A stretch of DNA of 39,193 bases from Chiloscyllium plagiosum (lineage: Eukaryota): assembly GCF_004010195.1 (NCBI RefSeq), contig NC_057756.1, positions 4,083,232 through 4,122,424 of the forward strand. Direction: 5' to 3'. This document shows, piece after piece, positions 22,746-37,500 of the stretch (its first letter is position 1; each line of letters starts with the position of its first letter). The position numbers and the translations under genes were made by a program. The notes under the pieces are model-generated. The model was not told the DNA's origin and did not search any database. It saw only the letters and a program-made list of their open reading frames with translations.

Positions 22746-23269
22746 TTCCTCATTGTTATCCAGTCTAAATAAAGAATTGAGGCATCAGCTGGCTACAATT
22801 ACTTCATATTTTTTTTCCAGGAGGGATGATGACAGCGACAAATTGACAAGCATAATGGAACACATGGAGAAATTGAATCAATTGTTATGTTTGTCTGGTG
22901 TAGAAATGAAACAGGAAAGATCACTCCAAAGTTTCATTGACCTGCAGAATAAACAAGCATTTTACACAAATGTGAGGAATGATATGAATAACTGAATGTA
23001 ATGATAATCTAAGATCTAGGGACTTACAATTCAATTTGGGAGCAGATCGTTTTCAACAACACAGGGTAATGAGACTACTTCAGAAGTGGAGACGGATTAC
23101 AAGTAAACCCTTCCAGGCAACTTACCAACTGATTTTAACGCATGTGAACTGGAAATGAAGATATAAGATTTATACAGATAAGCATGTGCCTATTGTGGGC
23201 AGGAAACCGGGTCAATTTAACACTGAGCTCAGTACCATACGTACCTGAGGTAAGTGGATCAGACCCTGG

Positions 23270-23935
23270 GTTAGCTAGCAGAGATGGTGGGGGGTTTGTT
23301 GTCAGACATTTCATCACAATTCCAGGTAACATCATCTGGTGAAGGGTTAGTGTTCTGTACCTCTTGCTATTTATATGTCTTGATTTCTTTAGTGTGTGAT
23401 ATAATTTCCGGTTTTGTTTCTCAAAGTTTGGTCAATGGGGTACGAAGTGTAATACTAGATTTGTGGACGATAATGATGCTTCGTGGCTGGAGTGGTCTGC
23501 TGGTCATCTAAGAAATGACTTTCATGTATGTTAGCATGGCTAGCGGGTATGTTGTGTTTTCCTGTTTGGGTCCGTTCTGCAGGAACCAGCAGACTGCGTT
23601 TATCAGGTGATCATTGCTCATGAATGCATTATATAGATGTATTTCCCCGGCTTGTCATAGGTCCGGGATGTGGCAATGCGTCATGGCTTGTTTAAATACT
23701 GTCCTGTTGCAGCTCCATTTGTGGGTGTTGAATGGTTACTTCTGTAGCTGAGTATCTGATATATGTTTGTTGTTTCACTGTTAACGCCGGTCTGCAATTC
23801 TCCATTGGCTTTTTGTTCAAGCATAATGTCGAAAAAGGGGAGTCGGATATTGTTCTCTTCCTCTTTTGTGAATATTGCACCGGTGAGGATATTGTTTATG
23901 TTTGTGATGATTTTAAAGAACCTGACACTTACGTC
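23270..23935 (-). mobile_element. Penelope-like element (first family): RT C-terminus, linker and 3' end, lacking the GIY-YIG core
   Basis: INNILTGAIFTKEEENNIRLPFFDIMLEQKANGELQT..QILSYRSNH; its end matches the reverse complement of 1380-1530. Confidence 0.85.
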
Positions 23936-24372
23936 CAGCAGAACGAATGTAATATTGAAAATACCATACAAAGCCTGCAACAAACATTACTTTGGCCAAA
24001 TCAGCACGAAGCCAACCAACAGAATCCAAGCGCATTATTTAGTCATCAACAGGCGTGGCCAACTATCACTCGTATCCATACACACAGATGAAGAGGGACA
24101 CCAGTTTTTTTGGGACAATTCATCCATGCATAGAGGCCTCAGGCCTTCAACCTGTAATTCCATCTACAAACATATAGACGTAGAACCCATTTAACAACCT
24201 CTTAGAAATGAAACCGGAAATGTTATTACTCAGTACGACAAACGTAGACACATAAATAGCAAGCCCGACAGGACACCACTCTTCACGGGCAGCTCACACA
24301 TGATGTTACTAAGCATGACGACCAAACTTCTTAGAACAAACCCACTAGTTCAGCAAGCAAAGCAATAACATG
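23936..24372 (+). mobile_element. Penelope-like element (first family): GIY-YIG domain and 3' end, inverted relative to its neighbour
   Basis: SRTNVILKIPYKACNKHYFGQIS...LSLVSIHTDEEGHQFFWDN, SIYKHIDVEPI; 3' end resembles 1350-1550. Confidence 0.85.
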
Positions 24373-27300
24373 ATGATACGTTTCATGATATATTTTCTCA
24401 CTACATTCAAAACTGAGGGGATGAGTAAGACACAAAATGTTGGGAAGGCCTGCGTCTAGCTTGATACATGTATTGAAGGTAAGTAGCATTTGCAGTGCAA
24501 TTGTATTGGGCAATTAATGCGGTTAACTCTGATAAGTACTGAAGATTTGCTATAAAACCAATATTCCCAGAGTAGTGAAAAAGTCCTGAATGCAGCAGTG
24601 ATCAATTTTTAGAGTTATATGGATTCTTTGTGTATTTGCATAGTTTGGAAGTAGCTAAAATAAATGCATGAATTCTTTTTTTAAAAGAAGTAGGACAAAA
24701 TAGACAATTGCTCACTCTTTAGCAAGTTGTGGGTAGTCCATAAAATATTGGAAAGAATGTCAAAAGGTTTAGTTAAACATCACTTGGAAAACAAATGACA
24801 GGATTGTTAGGACTATGCATCATTTGACAAAAGAAACACAGTGGCTTGAAAAAAATACTGATTTTCTTTTAGAATATGCTTGGAAGGGAGGAATAATGGC
24901 TATTGCTTTCTTGGCCTTCAGAAAGTCACGCAAGAAATTTGCATGGACAGTTGAAGTATAAATGAATAAATGTAGCGTGTGGACAAGCCTAAACAAGGGT
25001 TTTTGGCAGACACAGACAAAGTCTATGATGAAACAGGTCATTTTTATTCTCAACTGGCGATTATAATAGTGGAGAATTACAGAAGTAAATGCTGGAGTCC
25101 AAATATTCGCGATAGGTTCTGATGGTTTTCGTGCCGGAATAAAATGTTACTCTGAAGTGCAAAACGTTCTAAAGTTCGTGTAAGATGGACAACTATCAAC
25201 AGAATTCAAAGATATTTTAATGTGATTTGGACAGGTTGAATGAAGAGGCAAATACATTGTAGAAAGACTATGATATTTTTAGTTGTGGCATTTTTCCCTT
25301 TGGTAGCAAAATTAAAAGAATACAGATCACCATCTGAATGACAAAACTTTGGAAGTTTGGAAGCACAACAGGACCTGAATTTATTTTTCACTTCTCATGG
25401 AAAATAATATGCAAACAGGTGCAGTCGATTCCGAAGCAGACATCAGCCATGTGGGCCTTTGTAATTCGCTAATAAAAATACAGATACAACAAAGATGTAA
25501 TGTTAAAATGTTACAGGCTTTTGGTAATTTTGCACCTGTAGTATTGTGTGCAAAACTTGTAACCTTTTCTGAAAGGAATGTTATCATTCAACACAGAATG
25601 CAAAGGAGTTTCACCAGACTAATTCCAGGACAAACATTTAAACCAAGAGTGATTGGATTACGATTTTATATTTGTCAATCGAATTTATCTCATTGAAACA
25701 TGCAATGTGCTTACAGAACTGAACAAGGTAAATGCAGGAAGTTTGCTCCAGATAACGATGGAGACCAAAATTTCGGGTGACAGACTAATGCAATGTTGTA
25801 ACCATTAAGGGTTCGTATGAGGAGAGACTCATTCAACCCAGGGATTGGTGAGAGAATGAAATACTCTGCTTCAAAATGCAAACTGCTGCCGGCAATCTGA
25901 ATGCTTTTAAAAATGCAGACTTGTATCATAACAAATCCCACAGTGCTGCACGATGTGTTTTAATCAAGCAGACATGTTTGACAAATGAAGGTGGAAACCC
26001 TTCAATCAAATCTTTGTGGGTTTTTTGCTCAGAACGTGGGATTGATTAGAATACAAAAGGTCTGGAATATGAAAATAAAGAAAAAAGTGATGGAATTCAT
26101 CAATTGATGTATTCCAGGATGCATGAGCCACAGTTTGCAAATGTTACAACAAATCAAATTAGTGGCAGGTCGACAATGTGATGGATAATATCTATTGGAA
26201 CATTTTTCTTTCTGTCATTCAATCTTAATAAAACTCGAGATCAAACAGCGTTATAGTTTGCGTCTTCTTGAACCCAGTACTAATCTTATTGTTGTGATCG
26301 TGATTCCGTTTTTTCACAGATACTTCGCAGATCGACATTACTCTCGGTACTTTTTTTTAATCATTCACATGCAGTTTCTTTCACATGTTTTGCAATATAT
26401 TTACGTTAAACGTTGTTTTTTTTTACTTGAATAGATAAGCCAGAGTCAGAAGACGTGGAATAAAATGAGTTGATCATGCCACAATCCTTGTGAATTTTCA
26501 GGATAATGAATACAGCTAATCTCATCACAAAATATTAAGGTTGAGAAGTATACGGCAATGTTTTTTTTTGCTGCTTGTCTCACATTCGAAACTATGACTG
26601 AAATTCAAAGCAAATCATTAACATTATTAGGTTAGTTGTGATTTTTATAACGGTGGCCACAATGGTGGTATATTGCATTAAAATGCTTATTCCCAAGAAT
26701 ATAAATTTACTAAAGATAGTTCAATGTTGCAACTGGCTCGCAAAAAAAGCCGTTAAATTCAGAAACATGTCTCATTGACCTCTGCGTGAACAATCCACAT
26801 GCAATGCATTTTTATCGCGCAATACACATTGATTCAGGAACGGAAATAAGTACAATCTAGGCAAAGTCATGAGTGATTGCATACACCCACTTTGTTTTAT
26901 GCAAATGTCAATGTCAACGTGAATACTAAATGAACCGTTTGTAGATTGCTGTTTGAACAGACTGTCGTTATCCCAGTCTAGACAGGAATAATGCATAGGA
27001 ACCTGCAGAAAACCTATTATGGAGGAGTCCAAACGAATTATCCTGGAAATCTAGCTTCATTTTGACATTTGCGTGCTAAATCCCCGATGGCATAGATTCT
27101 CTTCAGGGATGTGTAGATCAGATGCATTCGCCACGGGAAATTTGGTGTTATAAGGATACAGTGGGGTCGCAATGGGAATGTGCCTTTGTTAGATACTGTC
27201 GGAGTGTCATTGTGCAATCCCTGGGCCATATAGCCTGCGTACACTCTGGAATATTTCTCTGATATTTTAATGAATCTAATACCCTCCAAAATATTCTCAC

Positions 27301-28011
27301 CAATCACGAATTATCATCATTGTTGGTTGTAGGCATTTCCAGCAATATGTAAGGAGCTGGACAATACAAGGATCAGATCATTGCGTTTAATTAGTTCAAT
27401 ATACCCTACAGTTCCCTCCACTAATCTCTCCATTCAATAATAGCAATGTACACAATCTGGTAGATGTAGTGCCGATATTTGCAAAGTGTCGCTAGATCTT
27501 TCAAAGTGATAAGAAGCATAATCTAATACAAAAAATACAACAATTACATGGCTGGAACAGCACATTAAATTTGACAGTGAACCGTTTGCTTGAAGTATGT
27601 GGTACTGCCACCAGCATCACTGGATTTAATCCTGGAAATAACAAATTTATTGTAGTCTGTCTCCGCCAAGTGGTTTCATGAAGTTCAAGAAGCTCGCTCC
27701 CCAATGCATTCACAAGGACTCGTGAGGTGGAAGTCAAATGACTGTCAACGGAAGCCACAGCAAATGAAATAATTCTAAATCAGAGATTTATGCGATATTA
27801 AGTACTGGGAAATAGTGACTGGAAGCGAAGCATTACCTCTGAATACTCTCCACAGATACTTGCTGTGGTTTCATTTTTTACACCTAAGTTGTTTCTTTTT
27901 TTTGTTTGTTTGAATCTGATTTCCAGCATCTGAATTTTGTTCGGCTTTATTTCAGACAGAAAATGAGGGCACTTAACATTAAGTGTCCATAGAATTTGAA
28001 GAAGGCTGCAC

Positions 28012-28056
28012 ATATCTATCTATCTATATCTATATATATATATATATATATATATA
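28012..28056. repeat. (TATC)n(TA)n microsatellite
   Basis: Directly visible. Confidence 0.95.
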
Positions 28057-29944
28057 TTTCAAAACGCAATAATAATTTCAGAAAACGTGTCTCCGAGGAA
28101 GGCAAGCATATTTAAGGAAAGAGATCTAGGATGGAACATTGTGTAACATCGTCAAAACGCTACAGCTCGATTTCTGACGGTATTGTCAAGAAGAGCATTT
28201 AATTTTCCATTGAACAGTCATTTTCGAACTTCCATCAGAAACATGTTACGTTATTGCAATTTAGCCATTGTATTGTCAACAGCATTTTCGTGCCTGTAGA
28301 ATTGAAATTGTCAATAGCTATTACGCAGGGTCTTAATATTTTCCTTGTACAATGTGAGACGTGGGATAAATTAAACTGTTTTCCTGGATCCAGTGATTAG
28401 GCGGAGCACAGTGCAGATGCACAGTTCATAAATAATGTGATCATCAATAGAGTTTTGAACTAGCGTGATGCAATAGTTGTTGAAAAGTCAGTATTAATGC
28501 ACAGTTCACGGAAAATTGCAGAAGTCATAATATTATTAAGGGGACATAATTTCCATCTCTTTGAGTTATTTTAGTGTCTAACAGGACAAATAATAAGTCA
28601 AAAACATGATCTATATTCGTAACAACTTTTTATGGCAGGCAAAGGGTGAATGGCAGAAATTGCCAAGACTTGGTAGCTGAAACAAAGAACAAAGGTTTAT
28701 AGTCGAAATCAGCAGATTAGTTCTTTGGATTTTTGTTTTGAACGTGTAAAGGACAGCGTATATAAATACATTATTCTATTCTGAGTAGCTCAAATTTTTG
28801 CTATATTACAGAACGTGAAAACTTATTGAAAAAACTCAAAGATGTTGGTGAGCTTCATTATTTCAGTCTTTGAGCGAAATATACTTGCAAAAAAGACATT
28901 GCCTTGCAAAACGTTTTCTTCCCCTTTACAAGCAATTGTGAAGAAAAGGGAAAACATGTTACTTTGCAAAGAAAATGTTTGCTTCTCATCACCCATTTTT
29001 CAAACTGCAAAAGTGAAAAAAAACTTTTATGTCATCAATGTCTACTCACTTCTTCTAACAAAAAAATCAAAAGAGTTGACTTTTTTCTGTATTAATTTAA
29101 TTAAATGAAACAGAAGTTTTTTTAAAGTGGTAATTTCACAGCGACATATATGCAGTATTTAAAGTAAACTAGATAGATAACGTTTAGTTTCATTTTCTAC
29201 TGTCACACTGCCAACAAATAAAGAATTGACAAATATTCAAAGTCCCAATGGCTACATTGGAAGCACTACGGACAGTTAAAGTTTGAGTAGATTGCATAGT
29301 TGTCTGAATGACAGCGCCAACCTTTTCGTAATGTGCCGTTTCATTCTTAATTCTTTCATTTAAAGTTTTTGTAGGGATAAACTAACTAATTTCCCCTACA
29401 ACACGATAACTCAATAGCATTTGATATGCTGGCTCCAATGGATTTAATTTTAGAAAATGAACTTTAACCTATTATTTGTTTTGCATGTTATTCACTTCGT
29501 CATTGTGAGCCATTTTGTCTACATGCATGCTTTAACTTTTGTTTCCACTCTCAGATTCAATCTTTCATGCATTAAAATAATTTAGAATCGCAACATTATT
29601 TACTATATCTATGCCACAATTAATATTGACTGACACTTGCAGAAGCAAAATTGGAAGCCTGCCAGAAAGGTAATATACTCGCCTACCTCTGCGACTACAT
29701 TCACAATTTTCTTTCCAGTTACCTTAACTAGGAATACAAGTAAATCTGTTGTATAGACTGAGAAGAACTTAATGTAGTTCTTGGAAAGATTTTAGAACGT
29801 TTAAAACTCCCCGATTAGTCTTTTTCTTTCTGCCACGTTCCATTTCCAAAATAAAAATCATGTAATTAAAAAAATGAATCTAGTTGTGTAAAATTACTCG
29901 GGGAGATACCAACTTCAGAGTGAAAGGAAATACGCATTCGGTAA

Positions 29945-30240
29945 TGTGGCACCTCAGCTCAGCGTTAAATATTGATGCCTCAAAGTGCCAAGGCCGTTTG
30001 TTTGATTCGAGGCTTACGTGACTCGTTTGGCAGACATTGTATGTTCTTCACAACACTGCTTGAGTTACTGAAGGTTACGTCTCAGTGTTCAAGGATGTTG
30101 CAGGTTAAATGGATTGACCATGATAAATAAAGGATTACAGTGGAGTATGTAAAGGCTGTGGGTGGGTGGGATCCTCTTTGAGCGTTTTTTGCTGGCACGA
30201 TGACAGAATGACCAACTTCTGCAATGTCGGGATTCTATCA
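29945..30240 (+). mobile_element. Decayed HE1-like tRNA-derived SINE
   Basis: tRNA-like head (ggcacctcagctcagcgttaaatattgatgcctca...gtttgattcga, A/B-box remnants), central gatgttgcaggttaaatggattgaccatgataaat, and LINE-type tail cttctgcaatgtcgggattctat. Confidence 0.75.
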
Positions 30241-32589
30241 TACAGTATTAACTTGTTAATATTCAATAAATTATCAAAGCTTCGTTTTACAATAAGTGTA
30301 GTTCTGTTACCTGTGCATATTCACTTGAACTGCATAATCTGCACTTTTTTTTATACCTCGAGCAGAATTGCCAAAAGTGGTGAAACGTCTGATCGATAAA
30401 GGTGAGAACTAAGATTGCCTGCAACCCATCATTGGCACAGCAGTTTATATATATATATAATATATTTCCTTCCATGGAAAGCAAGGAATGCTTGTGCGAA
30501 TGCAATGAAAATGAAGTTGAAACATTTTGTTGTTGTTTATTTGTTGTTTAACAGCAGGGATCAGTGAATATGAGTGGAGTCAGGCAAATATTACATCAAT
30601 CCACTTTAGTGGCTTGACTTTGAAATATAAACTCTGTCTCTGGATTATTTTCAAGGCATTCATTTTAGCTTCAGTTTGTGCATACGTAATGAAAATTTTA
30701 TCAGTCACTGGAATGAACTTTATGATAAATGGAAATAGATATTTTTATATTCGAGACATCAAGTAGAACAGTATTGGCACCGTTCTTTTAATGAATATAA
30801 TGGGGATTTTTAACTTCTCGTGATGTTATATTTACCAACACCAAGTGCTGTGGACATGGAGTGTAGAATTGAGGATATGGCTGTAATTGGGAATGTATTT
30901 CCCAAGAAAAGCGAAACGTTTAAACTTATGGGTTCATTTTGAAGAGATGATGTGAGTTTGAGCATAATTGAAAAAAAAACCGCAGTCATCAGTATTAACA
31001 ATGACAAAGTTCCGTCGAATGAAGAAGAATAAATGCTAAAGATTCACGTCAGCCTGCTGAAAATATAATCTGAAAAGTCAATCCTGCAGAATAAACAAGT
31101 GGTACTGTCGTTCATGATTTATTTTCACTCTAACACAAAAATCTACAATATGCGTAGTTTCATAAAAGGATTAAAACATCTAATTTCATTATTTTGAGTT
31201 AACCCAGGATATGTCAAGGTTATCCAATCTTGGAGAAGTGACATCTATCTATCCAGCCAGAATTACTCACCTAATGTCCACTCATGAATCTCCACCACGA
31301 CATTATGTAGATTATAGAAATGTACCCACCTTTCTGGCATTCAGATAGTTTTAGATTGTTTCAATGTAAGTTTAAAATTCTGCAAATTATTCACGGCTGA
31401 TGTAATTTCTTTTGCAGTATTACATTCTCTCAATCTCCATTTATGTTGAATCGAATTATTACAGAAGCTGACATCGTAAAAGCACTTATGGGTAAGGCAT
31501 TACTTTTGCGTCCCCATCTTGTTAACTTATGACATTATCAGAGGCTCGATCAAGTGATCTGATAGAATTATAATTGAGCTCAAGCGATTGCCTCTGTAAA
31601 ACAATTTTACTTGAGCTTGAGGACGAAATACTGTCATGTTCGCACTCTGTTTCTGATTTCTAGCATCCACATATCTTTGGAATGTTTGCCATGATGCAGA
31701 AGATGATTTTGCTGTTCATTGATGTGTTCTGCCAACCCAGCCGAAAGGCAGAGTGTGGCTGATTGACTGTTAGTTAATAAATGTTATTAAATCACTGCAT
31801 ATAACAAAATAGTTGTATGAAAATGTCGTTTGTAAACGGTGGATTCGCAAATCCTTAGTAATCCAGAGCGAGGGTAAACGAGGACAAGCATAACAGCATT
31901 TCACTTTGTAGGCGTTTGATAAAATTACTGGCTGTGAAAATGATCGTGTTAGCGTATCTGATTGTGCACATATGTGTGAATGCCTGCCCTTTTGTACCTC
32001 TGTCTTTCTCTAAAAAGGAAACTGAGAGGCAGCTTTGCTGACAATCTGAGCAGGAATATACGAGACAATGTGGGATGAAATCTCTAATGATTTGTGGTGC
32101 TTACATTATCGAAGAGAAGGTGGAGTTGAAGGACATTTAATGTTTGAGGATGTGTGATTGAGTTGATTTATGTAGATCTGTCTGACCGACAAAAATGAAT
32201 GAAAAAAATTGGTCTGAACTAATAAAAGTTCCTTAAAAAGAAAACAACATTAATCAAGATTTAATCAGTGTTTATTTAATATATGTGAAACATGTCAAGT
32301 GAGGGAAATTGTTCGGCATAGCAACAACAAAGCTGTTCAAAATACAAACACCAAACTGGCTCTGCTTGCGAAATGGAAACTACGAAGTCTTATGTTTGAA
32401 GTCAGAAAATCAAAATTAAACTCAATGCCTATTACATGTGTGACGCAGAATTTACAATGTTAAAAAAAATGAATTAAGGAATAAAATCTAACAAACATTA
32501 TCCTATACTGTCCTGTGTAATCTATGGCCGGTCCTATAATGTTGAGGTGTTTTTGTCAACACGTAAAACTGACTTTGGAGTTGACAAGT

Positions 32590-33100
32590 CATATTCTTTT
32601 TGTATAGGATATTGGTCAGGCCTCTTCTGCAATAATGTGTCTATTTCTACTAGCCTAGTTATAAGAGAAATACTTTAATTTCAAGGGGGATCAGAAGAGA
32701 TGTTGTTGGTCTAGGAAGTTTTGAGATATAATGAGAGACTGGACATTAGGGGGTGAGAGACGAGTCTATCGAAAGTTATAAAATACTGAGGTATACTGAT
32801 AGAGTTAATGGTAATTTTGTTTTCTTTGAAATAGGGGATTTCAAACACTTGGACACATTTTTACTGTGCAAGATATGATGGGCATCGAAGGAGGTTCGTG
32901 TGTGGAATGAACCTCCTGAGGAAGTGTTGGACCTGTATACAACTACAAGGGTTAAAAGACATTTGGATAAGTACATGACTATTAAGGTTTTGGAAGGATG
33001 TGGGCCAGGAACAAGCATGCGGTCCAATTTTATTTTGGGAAAATGTTCAGCATGGACAGGTTGGAACGAATGGTCTGTTTCCATCCTACATGCGTATATG
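32590..33100 (+). mobile_element. CR1 LINE 3' fragment
   Basis: LYRILVRPLLQ*CVYF, VWNEPPEEV, KRHLDKYM, tail tggtctgtttccatcctacatgcgtatatgac. Confidence 0.8.
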
Positions 33101-34049
33101 ACATACAAAATCACAGGAATAAATCTCATAACCACAACATGGAACACATTTTACAGTTTGCTTTTGTGGTCAGTGTTAGATTAAAGGAGCTGTAATTCAG
33201 CCTTTCGAATGAGTATCTCTGATGAAAATTTTGCTTTAATTTCATCAGGCACAAGCACCAACATTGAGATTTACAGACTATTAACGCAGAAGGATCCACA
33301 TCTATATTGGACAGAGAACCATGCTCCAAAGAACTATGTAACTATTGTGAACAGGTTTATGCACTCCTCGTGCATGAGTTTCATCTGTCTAGTCTTTATC
33401 TGTATCATCCCATTGGTAATATCATAGTTAGCCATGTGATCGCCCATTCCACCATTCTTCTAAACTCTGCTTTACTTCGTCCCACCAAATGCAAAGGTCA
33501 GTGGAGCCATTCCAGATTCAAACTAGTAAAATTTCATTGCAATCGCTTCATAGCCAGAACATCTTCCCCGAGACCAGGAAATCAAAACTGCAGGGAGTAC
33601 TCCAGTTGTGGTCCTCTGAGTCAATGAACCATTCGATGAAACTTAAAGCGATGTCAAAGTAATGCTTGTTGCTGGGATAAGCATTTTTTTTCTCTCTGTT
33701 AAAAGTTAACACCAAGGGCAGACCTCTATCAGGTTTATTCAGCATTGTGTCGTTTTACTTTGCAAAATTTGGCATGCCTTTGCATTTTGTTAATACAACA
33801 CTATCTTGGAGCATCATCAGTTGCTGTGCATGACTTTTGTTTGAGTGTTTTATGATACTGCTGAGAGTTGAGGCAAATGCAATTTTTATTTTAAAGTACG
33901 GAGTGTGCTTTGCTTGACAATCTTTTAAATTTACCAGCAAAATTGATAACCAAAGGAAGCTCGAATCACAGTGCGTCTTGGCTGAACAGAAGTTTGGTCG
34001 TTACGAAAACTTAATAACGTGGTCATCGAGCAAGTCAATGGGCTACAAG

Positions 34050-34500
34050 GAAGAATGACAGACCAGATGGCCCCACTGTTCAAAAGTGGCGATTTACTCA
34101 AGCCAATCTGCTATCGAGAATTGATACTGTGACTAAACAGAGAGCATTTTAAAAGTGTGGATGCCCTGAACGTTTTTGACGCTTACTGTTAAAAAAGGAA
34201 ACAAGAACAAGGGGAAAATATGACAATGACTTGAAATTTGGGGTAGTCGATTTGTGGTTTGCACATTTCCGAGAGTAATCCAGGGTGAGTTAATCTTAAG
34301 GGGAGGGCGAGAAGCGTTGAGAATGATTTTAAGACACATCCATGGGAAGAATATATACGTACATTTATATTAGAAAATTAAAATGGCCTTCAGTTGGAAG
34401 GAATAAAAGAAGATGATCAGTACGGGGAAGAATGGATAGAATGTGAGTGCATCACGAGTTAAGTGAACTCGACAGAAATGGCGATGACTGAGCGACAAGA
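34050..34500 (+). mobile_element. Highly decayed CR1 RT fragment
   Basis: PLFKSGDLLKPICYR (cf. PLFKKG.R.KPGNYRP) and weak downstream 'HG...KIK..W I' remnants. Confidence 0.4.
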
Positions 34501-37500
34501 AGGAGGACCATGATCACTCACAATCTATCTCATTTGAAAAGAAAGAGAGAATAACCTGATGAGATAAGAAGAATTAGAAAGAATAAGAAGAATCTGACAA
34601 CATTGATGGAAATAAAGGAGAAGCAAAGAAAAAGAAAGGAAGGAAAGAAGAAAATTGCATAATGCTCTCCACGCCTAAAAATGTGTCCCTACGAGATTTG
34701 AACTGATCATAACACTTAAACAAAACAACTTTTGCACTGTTGGGGAAAACATTCGTTAAGATGTTATGTATACACGGTGATTTAACAGTTTTTTAAAATG
34801 ATGTCCAGTATCCATCTTTCTTTGTTTCTTTGTTATTATGCATAACCTTCTCAGTCTTAGCTGATTTGCATTTCATTAAACATAAATTCAGAAATGTCTT
34901 GGGTAGTTTTGTTGAAAATGGGCGTGCTGTGTGTATTCCAGTACTTGAACCATTTGTTTAAGATAAAACGTTAGCAAAATACAATAATGTGGCATTGAAA
35001 TATGGCTGATGTGAACATTAAATCAACCTGATCTTTTCTGAAACCACAAGTTTTCCTAAAAATACAAATGTGTTTAATGTGGAAGTGGAAAGAATTCTGC
35101 AGCGGAGTGGCAACATTTTGTGTGGACTTAAATAGCAGGTGTTGTTGATTAGTTGCATTCTGTTGCTAAAGTAAATTTCAGATTATCAGCTTGTTTTTTA
35201 CCATTTTGCTATGATGCACAAATATCTTACTTTTTAAGTGTTACTCTGAGTATGAAATTACTGCTTTGCCTGTAATTATACCAGCCATAAAACATAAAGT
35301 TGGCAATGCTTGCTGAAAGAAATTTGTGTTTCTTGGCGCTCTCTACATCAAGAGATGAATATACCATCAATGGAAAAGATTTAAAACCAGTACACGCGAA
35401 TATATCTACATTGACAAGAACATTTGATGGTATCTAACAAAGATATTTTTACTTTGTTGCGTACGTGAACGTGTCAACGAACTAGTCAAGTAGCTTTTTA
35501 TATGTCATCCAATTTAAAGTCTTGAAATTGCACATAATGTGGTGCAATAAAAAATAGATTCTATGCGACAAGAATAAAGATGATTTCGTTGTTTCGGACT
35601 GTGCAGATAAATGATCAATGAGTAAAATCCATTGAATTTTCATAGCAAAATGACAGAAATGGTAATGACAATCGGAAGAATTTAGTACACGGATTTACTT
35701 TCTGCTTCAGTTGCAATAATTGACAGTATCCATACAAAATTCAGAACTAAGATCATATACGCAATCAGTTAGGGTTGTCCCTCCCTTCTGAGTTTCCATG
35801 ATAAAGGAAACAATTTCCAGTATAAACGTGGAAATAGCTAACTTATCACACTTTCTGAATGATACTGTAAAATATTGTAAAAATATATTCCCTCCCAAAT
35901 CATCTTAAACTGCTATTAAAAACACATTGCTTCAGTTACTCTAGTTAATTGCCGAGGTTTTAATAATTTTGTTTGCATATGTTTGCTATTTCCTTCTAGA
36001 AAACAAAAAGCTGAAGGAACAACTGCAACAGTCAGGTGGAAAAAAATTCATAACCAAGTTAAATGTCAAAACATGAATGTAAATTCACTTGTTCTCTTTC
36101 TGGTGATATTGATGCATGTGATGCATGCCCGCTTTTAAAAAATAGACGTGGAGCAGAAAGTTCAAAGTAATGCATTGAACACAAATTATTCTGACACAGA
36201 CATTTGTCTGAAATCACTTTTACTTTAACAAATCACTGAACACAATGCCTTACGCATCCTTAGGCAATAACCCAATTTATTAACTCTGAAATTAATTTTT
36301 TTCAGTGTTATCCAAGTGTGAAACGTTCTGCACCAGCCGATAAATTAAATTCAGTGAAACGTTTCTGCCCTTACCATCACTCAATTCGCCTTTGAATAAA
36401 TCATCAATCCACCGCCAAATTTTTCCCCATCTTTTCCAATACCTGCAATTCTCATCACTGTTCCCCAAAATATCCAAGCTGGCCCAGTAATAAAATTATT
36501 CAGTGTATAACTACACTACAATTCTGACATTGTTATTTGGTAAATTTGATTCTTATTTCAATTGACGATCATGTGAATGTGGCAACGCCGTTCTGAAGAT
36601 GTTAACAATGATCTCAAATCTTTGCATATGATCTTCATTCATTCATTTATTCAACCCAAATCATAGTCTTTGCCCATGATTTTCGAATGCACATTATTAT
36701 CTTGAGTGATTTGTTAAAAATACCTGTTTAGTTAAGATGCCACAGAGAAACAATTTGCCACAACGCTGGTTTTTAATGGTAGTGTGGTTAATGTGTTTAT
36801 AGTCTCAAACCCATCTTTTAATCATTCATCCTTCTTGCCACCCATAATTCCAGGCCAATTACAGTTGACTGCATGGCTTATTAACTATCGATAGAAAGCT
36901 ACATTCACTGAAATTGAAAAAAAAAACAGCATGCACAATTTTTCAGGATGAAAATACCACAAGGAAATAAATCCATTCGAAAAAATGACAGGCGTTATCA
37001 TCTCCATTTTAAAGGGAAAGTTGTTTTCATAAGTTGTGCCTTCGCTATACTCTCCATTGCCAGAAAGAAAAAAAAAGAAAAGTATGACTTGAATTAACAA
37101 ATCTCCTCAAAGTATTCTATATTTCCACATTATTACGTTCGGTACTTATATTCAAAACTCAGTGAAAAATCCCTCAAGCTGTCAAACATTTCCTCAGAAG
37201 GCAGGCCCATTACTGACTACAAGTTTGAAATGTCGAGTTTCCTTTTAATTGAACTTTGAAGTAACACCACCCAATTTGATCCAGAATACAAAAATATCAA
37301 TTGTGTGGACATGGGGGTTATCCAGTAACCAAAATAAAAAATGAAATCTCTTGATTTTAACAATAGTTTCAATTGCAATCATTGACAACATTCCGTTTGT
37401 TGCTCAGATTTGTTTTTCCACATACAAAATGACATTTTTAAAGCAGCATTACACACCGATCTCGAGGTACAATTGATGCTGCCGCTCTATCCATTCTACG

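Larger units (their letters stand above)
22750..25945 (+). mobile_element. Very old CR1 LINE interrupted by a Penelope insertion
   Basis: QAFYTNVRN (decayed LYLNARS) at ~22955, YKIYTD at ~23160, RT remnants at 24560-25300 (WK.A, HLE, QK, WT), QRSFTRLIPG at ~25600. The link between the two halves is uncertain. Confidence 0.55.

Noticed and set aside
27038..27307. 89-aa minus ORF with 'ILEGIRFI' reminiscent of Cys-loop receptor MA helix
   Set aside because: No following TM4 segment; the match is too short.
31985..32150. Polypyrimidine tract + AG as an exon start
   Set aside because: All three frames stop shortly after it, and no recognisable product results.
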